Source of the DNA: Botryllus schlosseri
Lineage: Eukaryota
DNA: 64,000 nt
Direction of reading: 5' to 3'
Assembly (NCBI GenBank): GCA_051294905.1
Contig: CM119382.1
Location: 11,408,001 to 11,472,000 of the forward strand
This document shows positions 13,297-25,865 of this stretch, piece after piece. Each line of letters starts with the position of its first letter. Within the stretch, counting starts at the first letter, position 1. The notes below the pieces were generated by a model. It searched no databases. It was not told the DNA's origin and saw only the letters and a program-made list of their open reading frames with translations. The translations under genes and the position numbers were made by a program.

Positions 13297-14815
13297 ACGT
13301 AACAGCACTTCGTCAACCCCCTAAAACCGATTGCCTTGCTCACCCATAGCGTTATAAACCAAACTTCTGAGGGCTTCGCCCACAAGAACCCCGTAGCGTT
13401 ATTTCGATGGTCAGCAAAGTTTGTGTGGCCTGGTCGCCCTAGGTACCAAAATTTTCTATAATGCATGAATGAATAGGTGGTAGTTACATATATAAGCCGC
13501 TATAAATTTTTTATTCTCTCAGCCCACGAAATCAGATTTACCAGTAGCGCTGAGTGAGCTGTTGTATGGGAAAATAAAGGGCAGGTAATTAATAATTAAA
13601 CATATTCGGGCGTGCGCGTGGTTACAATTAATTCGTTACCAGGGATGTAACAGCACTTCGTCACCCCCCCCCCCCCACAAAACGTTGGTCTTGGGCCCCC
13701 ATCGGGTGATAAACCAAACTTGCGGGGGGCTTCGCCCACAGACCCTCATTCTGCTATCCGCTATTTGCTGATACTAGCCATCTACATTGGGTGTCCACTG
13801 TCCATTTACTGAGCCAGCTACTCTCATCTAGACGCGCGAAGTGCGAAAAGTTTCAATAATTAATGATTGAATTGGTCAATATAATCGGATGTTGCTTGTA
13901 TATTGATATCAATTTTTATGCTCTCTCTTCTCACGTAAACAGATTTACCGGTAGAGCTGAGTGATGTGTGATTGAAAAGGTAGGACCCCTCAATAATAAT
14001 TATACATCTTCGGGCGTATACCCGTTGGCAGGAACGAAACGGCACTTCGTCAGGCCCGCTGAAAAAACTTGGGTCTTGGGCTCCCATAGGGTGATAAACC
14101 GACCGCCCCCATCACGTTGTTCGCTTTTGCCACGAAATCAGCTGTACTATTTAGCGAGCCAGTGCGAAGCGCGAAAACTTTCGATAATTCATGATAAAAT
14201 CGGTCAGTAAGATCGGGAATTGCATATATATTGCTATCAATTCCTTGTCCTCTCTGCTCACGTTACCAGATTTACCGGTAGAGCTGAGTGAGGTGCAATG
14301 TTCCCTCTAAGCTGCGCACGTGCGCAGTGGTGACACGGTCTCTGCGCACAGAAAATCTACGTTGCGCACAACAAATCCGAAGTTATGACCTTTTTTAATC
14401 GTTACGCACTGTTGTCCAAGGGTCTGCGCAGTGAGTTGTTGAGTGTGCGCAGACTCATCAAAACGTAGAGTGAACATTGTGAGGTGTCTTCGAAACTGTA
14501 GGGCCCGTAACTAATAATTAAACATATTCGGGCGGGCGAACCCGTTGGTATGACTTCGTTGCATGATGTTATTTCGTGACCTCCTGTCTGCTATATCAAA
14601 AAATATAGAATCGCCCAACAGGGATATCGCCCAACAGGAATATCTAGTTTTAGAATCGTACTAAACTAAAAGACGCACACGATTTCAAATTGGTCTTTCT
14701 TCACTGGCATATAACTTTTTCCCGCCAGATGGAATTCCTCTTCTGGGGTTCAGATTGCCAAGACAGGAACATTCGGTGCCAGACATTTAGGCGCCCATAG
14801 ACAATTAAACCTATA
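13297..14815 (+). repeat. Three diverged tandem units (about 350-390 bp) of a dispersed repeat beginning AACAGCACTTCGTCA
   Basis: Units start at about 13297, 13645 and 14033 and share CCCATAGGGTGATAAACC, ATTTACCGGTAGAGCTGAGTGA and AATAATTAAACATATTCGGGCG. The third unit is colinear with the dispersed copy at about 34946-35490. Confidence 0.75.
14296..14479. mobile_element. About 185-bp hAT-type MITE (CAATGTT TIR)
   Basis: TIR CAATGTTCCCTCTA...TAGAGTGAACATTG with TGAGGTG duplicated on both sides. The empty site is visible in the 34946 repeat copy, and a sister copy lies at 57395-57587. Confidence 0.85.
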
Positions 14816-15045
14816 TGTCTTTTGTAGGTTATATATAACGAAGTTTTCGGTGTTAATTTGCTCTGAATAGATGAACGAGTGCCGAAAATTCATTCCCATA
14901 ATTTTAGGTTATGGCGAATGTAATTTTAACGTGTAACGCTTCCGACGACACATGTGGGTATGATCGCAACAAATATGGCACCAAAATTGAAAAGCATTTT
15001 TTTCAATGTACATACAACGTCAAGCCTGGTGATTTCTATCTAGCA

Positions 15046-15560
15046 CAGGGGTGTCAAACATACGGCCCGCGGGCTGCATCCTGCCCGGCAGACCACTTCA
15101 TCCGGCGCGCGAGCCATTCTGAGTAAATTGAAAATAATTAATCTCATTATTCGACAGATTCTTAACAGAAGTTGAGATTTTACTACTAAATAATTCGACG
15201 CAAATAATCCAGCATATTTTTCACCACGAATAGGTCGGACCAACGACGCATATCCGTTGTCCAGTGACCTTGTTCACTAAAACGGGCATAGAAATATTTC
15301 AATCATATCCTCGTTACAGCCACTCTTATAGTAGGTAATAAATGTATTCAATCGGCTAAGTATCGTATTTTTGCCAATTCCATTGTTTGCGAATAACGTT
15401 GTTGCTGGAATAGTGGGCCGACATATTCCGTGATATCAATAAAGCATTCCAGTGAACAGCAAAGATATGGATGTCGACGTAGCATATTGAAATTATTTGA
15501 CTGGTCCGGCCCGCGAGTGACTAAAACTCTTGAATCCTGCCCGCGGCACAAGTCCACAAA
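15046..15560. mobile_element. Charlie-like hAT MITE fragment
   Basis: Left end CAGGGGTGTCAAACATACGGCCCGCGGG plus internal GGCCCGCG repeats; no clean right end. Related ends occur at about 2556 and, inverted, at about 10400-10452. Confidence 0.55.
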
Positions 15561-16745
15561 ACATCTTTATACAGCAAAATGTTTGTATCAGTAGGCTATT
15601 GGCAATTTTGGGAATAAAATGAGCCCGCACAGTAGGATATTTCATTTCAGACGGCCATACTGTTGATGTGAGCTCTGGAGTTTTACTAGTAATGAAGCGA
15701 AACCGTGATTTCCCGATTAAAAAATTACAAATTAGGTTATCAATTATTTTGAGGCTTCGCGGACCCCCTGAAAATGCTTCGTGGACCCCCAGGGGTCCGC
15801 GGACCCCCGGTTGAGAACCACTAAAATAATATTTACGGTGACCGATTCTTTGTTTATTTATTATAGTTGTGCTCACCGTAAATACTATTATATTCAAATC
15901 CAAATTTTTTGACGGCAATAACTCCGCTTCCACTGGTTGGAATTGAACCAAATTTGGTGAGGATCGTTTCTATAGACAGCCTAACACTTTCATGGGGTGA
16001 ACAGAAAATTTTCAAATTTTTTATCATTTATTTCTATATAATAAATAGAAACTTTCTTCTCCTGTAGCAAAGCGGTTACTGGCTGGAATTGAACCAAATT
16101 TTGTGTGTAGGCTTAAATTAGGTAACCTAACAATTTTATAAAGTAGTCAGTACGATTTGAGAAAAAAAGTCATTTTTGAAGAGCCCTAATCTATATGCAA
16201 ACGAATTGAGCATCCAGTTCAACTGCAATCCAACATTGTAACCGATCACTTGAGTCGACATAAAAATTACCAGTGATTTTATATTTGCCCTTTCTATGTG
16301 ACGATAAACCCGATCACACACCACACGATGAACACACATAAGAACAAATAGTGTCGAAGATCATTATATGCTCGGGAAATCTGTGATCTAGGACCAGTGG
16401 CACCAAAGAGATTCACTATTACATAATAAATATACACTGGATGAAAATATGTTCTCTTGATCTCTACCTTAATGGAAGTACATGTACGATTGCACTGCAC
16501 ATACAATATATATATGAAACATTGAAGGCGCTCGTAATTTCCAACCAGCAAGACAGGACTTTTTAATGTAATGAGGATCTACTATACCATTGCCATGTTT
16601 GGTGACGCCCGAAACCATAGATAGTCCAGAATTTACGGATCATGAGATCCCTACTTTGGCCTTTGTAGTCCGACAACGGCACTTTGCTCGATATAGTCCA
16701 TTAGATGCATGTCGATGTCATCATTACCTTTCGTTCTCACCGGTG

Positions 16746-19700
16746 TTATATTCGAAAACCCGAAAATCGAGTGCAAGACTTGACGGCGCCCGTACCCGGG
16801 AAATGAGTATATTCCGCGAGGGATCCTTGCGTGATCGACATTTGCAATTGATCATTCGCCTCTAGGCTGGCGACATGGTTGAATTGGTACGGCCTGAGGA
16901 GAGATTGATCATCGTCGTACGCTTTAGTTGGTGGCAACGGAGGTATGGCAATCCTGTCCTCGTCGTTCAGTATTTCGTCAAATCCAGGCGGAGATTCTAC
17001 AACCACCGGTTGCAAGTTATTGCCAGTAACCGGCTCGCCCGTAACGGTAAACTCTCGAAGTGGCTCGCCGTTTCGAAGTATTTTCACCGTGGTTTCTCGG
17101 TGCGTTTCCACGCAGAAGCTGACGGATAGGAAGTATATTCCTGTTTCGCGGACGGCGAAGGTACCGCTTTCAGGCTGAACGCTCGCATCGCTTCCAGTTG
17201 GATCCATGTCGTTCTCGGTGAATGATACGATTGGCGAAAAGTCCGAGGAGATATCATAGACTGGAGACGGAGGGCTGTATTGTACCGAATCGGTCGTTGC
17301 TCCACTCGGGTAATCTGGAATGGTGTAACTGCTCCCCATAGCATGAGCAACGGCAAACACAGTTCCTGGGAATATATATAATTATAGTTAGAGAAATGAA
17401 AGAGGGTTCATTGATGCATATTTCGTTAACGCGATATGACGGCTTGCTTACGTAATATAGGCTGTGCTGTATTGTGGGCGTAGCTTTCTTTTACTTATTT
17501 TGAGTACTGGAGTATGTTTGTCAATCTTCTAATTCTGTTCGGCATATTTTAGACTACTAGTAATACTGCAGTTACAGTTCAATTCAGTTTATTCTTAATT
17601 TCATCAATCAAAACTACGTCTGGCAATATCTATAAAATAACTAACCTTCTCTGGACGATCCTCCCAGTTCACGCAAATACTCATCGATCTCATTTTCAGT
17701 GAGCGATGCATCTTTAGTAGCGAAGAGTACGAGATTCTTCGCCGCGTCGACTGTCGCTTGCAGTTGCGAAACGTCTTGTTTGACGGCGTCCGCTGCATCG
17801 CGGCACTTTCGAACGTCATCAGCGTTCTGTGCGATATTGCGTGAAATCTGAGCGGCCTGCACGTTTCCCGAACGCCTGTACGCGCGTATCTTCTCGTCCA
17901 TATCTTCAAACCGGGCTTGGTGACCTTTCAGCACGTCGTCCAAGTACGCAATTTGCTCCATGTTGCTATTGCAACATGATTCCTCTGGATGTTGAACGGC
18001 GTCGCCCTGCATTGCACAATAGCGTCATATTACTTCTCTGTTGTGGCGTTGCGTGTGATACCATCCTGCTTGTTACATCGCTTAATTTAAGTACCTGGGG
18101 TGGTCAGTAACGAAGCACTAGCCTAATCAAGTATAAGTCATCTATATTTGTATCAAATAATATTCAAGTATGGTATTGTTTGGGCAAACCCTATTAAAGT
18201 TTCTAAGGTCAGATTATTTTCTCATTTCAGTTTTCTCATACGTCGAGTCTGAGTCAAGTCAGTCGAAAAACGGGACCCGAGACTGACTCGACTCAACCAT
18301 GACTCGAGTCACCCCAACTGCGGTTTACATATATATAAAAATAAATACCTGTGAAAGGTATAAATCCACGAGATTACACCGTACCTGTTGTATCGTTTGT
18401 TGGTTGAAGGGTAACCTATTCAATAAGGAGCTGTCCTCCAGGATTCTTATCCGATGTTCCAAACTATCTTGACGAACTTGCATTCCTCTTACGACCCACA
18501 TCAAACCGAAAATTGCGAAAATAAGCAAAATAATGATGGCCAATAGAGACACGGATTTCACGCCCACACCTGGATAATAAATGGGAGTGATTACAATTCA
18601 CCAATTCCATTTCCGAGCATAAGGAATGAGCATAACCTAATGATACACATTTTCATGTGTCGAAATAACATCATAACATAATACAAGCGATGCAATAAAT
18701 AAACTTACGGCAACATTTTTGTTTCTCCGCTTTGTCTTCAGTTAAGAAATTCTCGTTTGCAAAAAGAGAATAGTACCTGTACGAGAATCAGTAGATGTTA
18801 AGGTCGAATTTATTTGGAGTGACGTAAAATAGTCAGCGGGAATTTGTAGCAGAGTACGTACACTGTATATCATCATATCAAGATAATGTTGGCAAGAAAA
18901 TGCAATGCCTGGTGGGTTTTAACATTCAGATAATCGCTATCCGTTTTTATCAGGCAGCTTTAGAAATGTGTAACATTCATTTCCATGTGAAAAATAAGTA
19001 CAATCCAGTGCTGGGATAATTCCAGTCATGACTTATGTTATGACACGAGTCAGCATCCTCAAATTACTCAACTACCTCATCATCATTTTATTAAAACTTT
19101 TATCAAATCAACACACTACACGATTTCGATATAATGAAAAGATAGGAGGGTGCCGAAACGACTTGGAGTAGTCTTTTAATCAGACACCCATCCTTGGCCT
19201 ACAGCATGTAAATAAGAGTCATGCACACTGGATAAAAGAAAGGATAACATAAAAGTGAGTGAAAAAAATGAGCGATGCATGTGTCGGTAGGCGAGTTCGG
19301 TATGTCAGATTGTGGTCTGGTAATTTTTAGGGGTGACCAGTATACCTCTGAATTATAATTAATTATATATATTAATTATGTATAATTACAATTATCAGGA
19401 ACGTGAACCGAACGTTCGTACCATCTAACAACCACACATATACCACAACCACAACCACAATTGGTATCGCTTATATGAAACTATAGCAGCTCCGATCAGT
19501 ATATCAAACATGTCAAAATCCATCTTGGGGTGCAGGCGAAATTACAAAGAGGAATTACGAACACCAATAAATAACGATATACTTGGTGGCTTATTTCGGA
19601 AGTCGAATCCACACTGGATTTTAGATATAGGGGTTCATACGAACATAAGTGCACAAATATACATGTGAACAGCTTCTTGGAGGTACAGAACTTTAATATA

Positions 19701-22700
19701 CAGTTAAATAGCATATTCATATTGAAATGAACCCGAATATTTTCGGCTGACACTCGTCAGGGGTAATCGTCAGCAACTATTAGATAATTCAAAAGAACAT
19801 CGTATATCAACAATCGTATCATAAAATATGACGTCACCAGCATGAAATGTCGAATACGAGAGCATTTAATGTAATATTTTTAGATAATACACGAACTCTT
19901 TTTGTTGACGCAGCCTTGGCTGGTGTATTTTGATGGTGTCGGCTTTTATCAATCAGCTATTATCATCAGAAATCAGAATATCCATAATGATATATAAGTA
20001 CGTGCTATAACTGTCAAACCGGCGACTATTTCGAGGGTTTCAACCATTCCATATCGTATGCGTCGACTATATCGGGTGCAAATCGTCTGTAGGCTCGTAT
20101 ACTGAACGTTTTTTCGAAAGTATTCACACAACTATGGAATCATTATACAAGCCTTGAATTTTTTTAATTTTTTTTATTATGTACATCAGCTTCATGTAAT
20201 GTTATGTTCCATGCCAACGTCCTGAGTACTATAGAGTCTCCTTGTAACAGTGCTTGTTATCGGACGCATCAGCAAAGTGGTGTGGATTGTAGACTATATG
20301 TTACAACATATAATGCATATTACATACCTGCCATTTCCTTCATAAGTGCCGGTACTGTTCTTTTTTTCTTTCGGGTTTGTGTTCTCACTTAAGCCATCTG
20401 TAAGAAGGCGAGTTTGTTATTTTGATAAACTACATTCAATTCGATCGCTCTTTGAGCGAACACAATGACGTCGTGACAATCTGGCGAAAACCGTCAAATT
20501 AAGCACTGCGCGTATACATATGATCAATTGCCCTGCTCACGTTCATAAATTACGCGGAAATGGCGAATCAAATGTGATAATACCATGTTATTAAACGAAT
20601 TACTTGATTGGTTTTTACGCAATCAAAGGATCTGATTTCTTGGTCTGCGAACTATATACCAGCCGATGATATTGTGTATATTTATCAGCAGCTGTTTCAT
20701 TGTTTGCGAAGAATTCAACTTGAAGCTATGTCATATCTATAGCTTGTAATATTACCTTTTCCATCTTTCACATCAGCCTTCATCTTCGTTTCCGTTGAAC
20801 TAAACGAGAATTGTACTATTTTGTTACGTTACCTTTTGAATGAGACTAGTTTGCAAGCTATATCCTTTACCGGTGTGCGAAAATTGACGCAGTTACAATA
20901 ATCTTGTGGTGGCCTATCTGTCACATAGACTGCATCATGATTAACATGCCGTATAAACGTATGGATGGAATCATCAATCATCATGTTATTATGCAGCGAA
21001 ACACAAACATTATGAGTACTGGCCCGGTGCAGTGGTGGGTTGAGAATCATGCTGACAGCGGGACGGGGGAGCAGTCACTGTATTCTAATCGCAGTGACTT
21101 GACCATTCCATTCTACATCGTCCAGACGTTGGGCATTCTAATCAGCCCATTATATACCTGTGAGAATAGTCCCACGCAAAGAATATGTATCCAAACCAAG
21201 GATATCAAACATACATGATTTCATCCCGACCGTGAAGCATTGATGATCAAACGACAGAATTATTGTATTCTCAACGTGGCTGACCAAAACAAAATAATAA
21301 AGTTGATTTCATTCTGTTTTATCAGCCATTTCATCATCCTTGAAGGCATAAGGAAGTATAGCTTTGGCGCGGAATCGGCTTGGTTGGCAAACAAAATGCC
21401 ACCCTTTCAAGGCCTGAAACTTTTGTGTATGCTTCCGTAATCTTCCCAACTAATTTCGCCAAGAGAATGTTGTTACGCTTTCGGACAATGTGCATTAAAA
21501 TCCGTATTTCGTAGTGTTATTACGCTACAGTCCGAACATTATTATTTATTCGCGAGTAGCCTACTAGCCAAATACGGCAAGGGAAACTATGAATCATGGT
21601 TCGGTACTGAAACGGTAGTAACAATCAGGGCTATACTATAGTCTCGAGCGTAATCCTGTAGATGCCGGTATGGTATACTTTCTTTGATTTTCATATTGCT
21701 CTACTATGGGGTTTCCGTAAAGTATGGATCGTTCAGTAAGAAACAGGATATGATTTGTTCGTAATGCATTCGATCCGTGAATAAGTTTACTCGTCAGTCA
21801 TCGGTTGAACATCACGTCGGATGACTCCATATCTGTCCAATGGGATGCACCGTTCCTCTGCCCGATTTGGACCAACTAAATAACGGTTGAGATTCGTTTC
21901 AGAAATCAACAGCACAATGGGGACGATTGACAATATCACATTGGAAACGAATCCCGAAATTAGAATGACAATGTGCCAAAATCATACCTAAATGGATCAT
22001 TGCTTTTATCACGTAACATATAATTGCCAGCATTACCGTAAGCCTTATGAGGGCTATGCGGCACCACGATGTGATATGTTGTAGCAATTAGGTCATGGAT
22101 CCGAAAAACTTCCTCTCCACATATTGCAGATACATACACTATAAATAATCCATATTCAGAAATCGAAATTTACCAACTCTTGGTCGGTTTGCTAACATAG
22201 TGACACAAAACCGTGCAGTGCATACAATATTGTAGCCTTTTTCTTTACCTTTTCTGATTTTTCCGAATGGTACCTGGAGCGTTAACTTCCTGATTTTCGT
22301 CAGAATCGTAGGTCAGTTTGTACATGTCTCTGTCGATCCTGATCTATAATGACTATTTTCTTTCTTCCGTGGTCTCGATTTATTGCTAGTCTGCGCGGGT
22401 AAGCATCTCTGTACAAATGAGCCTCGTTAAATATCTCCGACTTAATAATCCGCCTGCGCATCTGACGTCAATGCTAGTGAGCCGAAATGGAGGGTGATTT
22501 CACCTATTATACATTCATCACATCATCGTCATCTCAAGCGAAAGGTATTACGGAATTTCAACATTTGCCAACGTGCTTATGTAGGTATTAATATAATGCT
22601 TATCCGAGAATATCAAATCTTTTTTGCATAACGGCACTATATTAGATCACGTATCTGTCTATAATAGTCCGGAGACCTTATGCGGTACCTGGTATTTCAA

Positions 22701-23987
22701 GTTACGTCACTGTCTGTTGCATCCAAATGGATTACGTTATGTTGCGGCTATAAATCTCGAGATTAGGATTGGACCACGATATCGCGAACACAAACTATAA
22801 TTTACCTTTTCCCTTGTATTTGCCCTTGTCAGAAAAAATGGTGTATTTTCAATACAGCAGTGAGGGTTATGCTTTCTATACTATGGTAAATTACAATATA
22901 CCCCAAACGCTAGAACTAGATATAGCATATATCTGCCTCTGCATCATAGCTTTCGATGTTCTCTCCTCACTATGCCCAGCCGCGTCTGCGTATGTGTCAG
23001 GCCCGGTGATATCCATTTTAGTCCGTTCAAATCTATTGTAACTAACCGATTACACATTCCGGATATGGTGGAATACAATTGGATACGGGAAGTATCATGT
23101 AGCGAGAAGGAATCGACATTTGCTACACGGTATAGTTAAAAAACTAGAGTTGATTTTCATTATATTTCGAGGCTGCGAATCATACTATATAGTTCATCGT
23201 GCGGTTAATTCCTGCACCATCGAGAAACCAGACACTTTATTACATCTACAATTTCGGCAACTCCCAGCAGTAACTTCAGTCGCCAATGAATGCTAACTAA
23301 ATCATATCTTTCGCAGTGACAAATGGTATATGGCTTATAGTTATCGCGGACGAGGACGATTTATGCCTGACTCCACTTAATGTTATAGTTGTGCACACCA
23401 CACCACCATGATGTAAATGGAACGTCAACATAACAATTTTATCTACAATTTCTGTCAAATAGACCGACTGCATCGGGTTTCCTTGTACTCACGCTAGGGC
23501 AAGTTAACGGACATGCTATGGTGGTTCGAAAATAATTGTGATATAATCACACGGTTTCGTAAGAAAACAGTAAAGCTTTTATCAAAGAGGCTTTCTTTAA
23601 AATATGTTATAAACATATGCGTTTTAAAGCATGATTTTGTTTTAAATGCAACGCTATATCGTCGTTATCGTTCGGGTTCCATACGCGATATACGCGATGG
23701 CGTCATGAGATGAAACAGAATATTATATTAGTGCCTGTAATAGTCTGACGTAGCCAATTCAAACGTAAGTTTAAATTATAGAATTAGATCTGTCAATTTG
23801 GTAATCAAACCTTATTATGTTTAGAAAGTACACTTTTTATGGACTTGGGATCATTACTGAATGCTGATTGCTGATGCTTAGTAGATGCGGTCTGTTTCAT
23901 ATTTCCACTTCGGAATTTATTGCAGTTCCTGGCCTCGGGAGTAGGATTGCCCGTGGAATGGGAGTCTTTTATATTTTCTAGTGGCAT
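16746..23987 (-). CDS. Type II transmembrane protein with a coiled-coil stalk and C-terminal C1q (gC1q) domain, about 539 aa inferred
   Basis: Well-supported exons are 17365-16746 (C1q motifs GTFAVRETGIYFLS, KILRNG, LEANDQL and terminal TRFSGFRI), 18006-17646 (heptad-like helical segment) and 18569-18385 (hydrophobic SLLAIIILLIFAIFGLMWVV). Tentative upstream exons are 18776-18709, 20397-20328, 20799-20756, 22343-22249 and 23987-23811. All are GT-AG and phase-compatible, and they sum to 1620 nt with no internal stop. Confidence 0.75.
19076..19290 (-). mobile_element. Diverged short 3'-end copy of the LINE at 38940-39531
   Basis: CATCATCAT...TTTATTA...CGATATAATGAAAAG...GAAACGACTTGGAGTAGTC...CAGACACCCA...TTGGCCT...CATGCACACTG aligns with 38940-39165. 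Confidence 0.6.
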
Positions 23988-24601
23988 TGTTGCGAAAATA
24001 GGAAAATGGTTCAGGTTATAGTGTAGACTAGGTACAGCGCGAAGCGAATGAAGTAGCCTACTGGCACAGCGTCCTGATACTCCCAATAGGCCAATACTCC
24101 ATCAGGTAAAATTTGAGTGAAAACTATGAAGGCATATCGTCGTGCATGATTACTATACAACCCATAATTAAGGAAGAAATCCTATGGTATCGAACGACTT
24201 CATAATATTCTTAGATTATCCGCAAGCCGTACGCGTAGTGTAGGAATTAGTTCGCCATCGTCCATCAGTGTGTCTGTGTGGTATCTCGAAAGTCGGAGTG
24301 ATATCTTAGGCGTGAATAAGATGGATAATATAGGTTCGATCGGTGAGGAGGTTGTTTAGTCCGAAGGGGTCGATCAAACAAACAAACAAACAAACAATTG
24401 AAATTTATAATAAGCGCATCGAATCGACACCCCTTGCGAGACTTCTTTACAGAAAGGGAATTAGCCTATACCTGGCCTTTTGATCGTAACGTATATCACA
24501 TTTATAATTGCATGAACAATGAACATCGTATACATCACCGCATGTACTAATGGTCCGTGAATATATATGAGCATTTGAGCAATTGAACATGCGACATAAT
24601 A

Positions 24602-24860
24602 TAGGGTTATCATACGTCCTCTTTTAAGCGGATTTGTCCTCTTTTTTGACATTTATAATGTTTCCTCGGAGGACGCTCAAATGTCCTCTTTTTTTGGTAA
24701 TTTGTCCTCTATTTTGAAAATTGTGGTCAAATATAGGTGAAAATCGACTGAGATGTAGGAAATCAGCACTGAAGTAACGTTCCGGTGGGTATTTCGGAAC
24801 CGATCCGAAAAGTTGACCTTTTTTAGTCAATCGACAGCAAAGTCGAGAAAAATTTACTCC
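24602..24860. mobile_element. Truncated hAT MITE (TAGGGTTA.CA family)
   Basis: Left end TAGGGTTATCATACGTCCTC and GTCCTC repeats homologous to 58446-58779; the right TIR is missing. Confidence 0.65.
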
Positions 24861-24936
24861 AGTGCTCAAATGCTCATATATGTCGGGCAGCCAGTACCAA
24901 TTAAGCTAATCATTACGAAGCAATAGCAGTTGTAAC

Positions 24937-25338
24937 TAGAGCCCGACTGATATTGTATTTTTGGACCGATACCGATAAAACCGATATTTAACACCTTCAC
25001 CGATAACACCGATATATTCAGCTGATGTTAAAATAAGGTAGAATCTACCTCCAAAACTGCAGAGCATTTATATCAACAGCTTTACAGCCATTGTCATATT
25101 CGAACACGAAATAAACTAGAAAGGCTGCATCTGGACACCTTAAAGTAGGCTATATAAAATACAGCAATGTTCCAAGTCTAGCGGTCAAGGATTGTAGGTT
25201 TCTGACTTTCTACCACCATGTTGTGACGTCACGGAAATTGCCGATATTTTTTCACCTCCAATAGCCGATACCGATATTTATTTTAAAGTGTGATATCGAC
25301 TCGATATCATCGGCGAACCGATAATCGGTCGGGCTCTA
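24937..25338. mobile_element. hAT-type MITE with CCGATA repeats
   Basis: TIR TAGAGCCCGAC...GTCGGGCTCTA and perfect 8-bp TSD GTTGTAAC. Confidence 0.9.
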
Positions 25339-25865
25339 GTTGTAACGACTACGAAGTCTGTCCGCAAAATGATTTTTTAGCGACGATGACGCAATTAACA
25401 TTATTGGGTGTCTGATTTATAAGACTACTTCATGTCGTTTCGACACATTCCTATCTTTTCCTTCTATTGCAATCTCATGATGTTTGGAAATGATGAAATT
25501 GGTAAATAAATGAACGAGCCGGGAATGACGCAAATTTCGCTGGCGTAGCCGAGTTGTAGGCCCATTTGTAGTATAGGTCTGCTCATTAGTATCCATTCAA
25601 CAGCAATATCTTGCAAGATATTCAATTCACGGAATATACTGAGAAGCAGATACATACACGTTCGGAACGCCGCTGATTGATCTTAGTACCGGTATAGTAT
25701 CCTCGCAATTTTATTCCGTCGGATATGTAACCTGAGAAATGGAACTTCCTTGTCTTCCGAGTTAATCAATGCATGCAGCCTGCAGGTATTATTTTCTGAT
25801 ACTTTTTGGCAGCAGATAGGCTACACGTTGGAATCTTTTTGAGTTACATCTGAGCTACTCTAAAT

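Larger units (their letters stand above)
12971..16188. mobile_element. Foldback hAT-type MITE swollen to 3.2 kb by nested insertions
   Basis: Inverted arms of about 210 bp (12971-13181 and 15979-16188) starting TAGGGCTCTTCAAAAATGAC, with a perfect 8-bp TSD ATCTATAT. The interior holds a CAGTGGTTCTTAACC left end (13182), a tandem repeat family, a MITE at 14296, a CAGGGGTGTCAAAC element at 15046 and a GGTTGAGAACCACT right end (15822). Confidence 0.85.

Noticed and set aside
15493-15951. 152-aa minus-strand ORF
   Set aside because: It runs across the junctions of three different MITE fragments, so it cannot be a coherent gene.
23988-24086. TTG-initiated extension (MGVSGRCASRLL...) resembling a mitochondrial presequence
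   Set aside because: It depends on a non-ATG start; the first in-frame ATG is at 23987, and a presequence would not fit the TM-C1q product.
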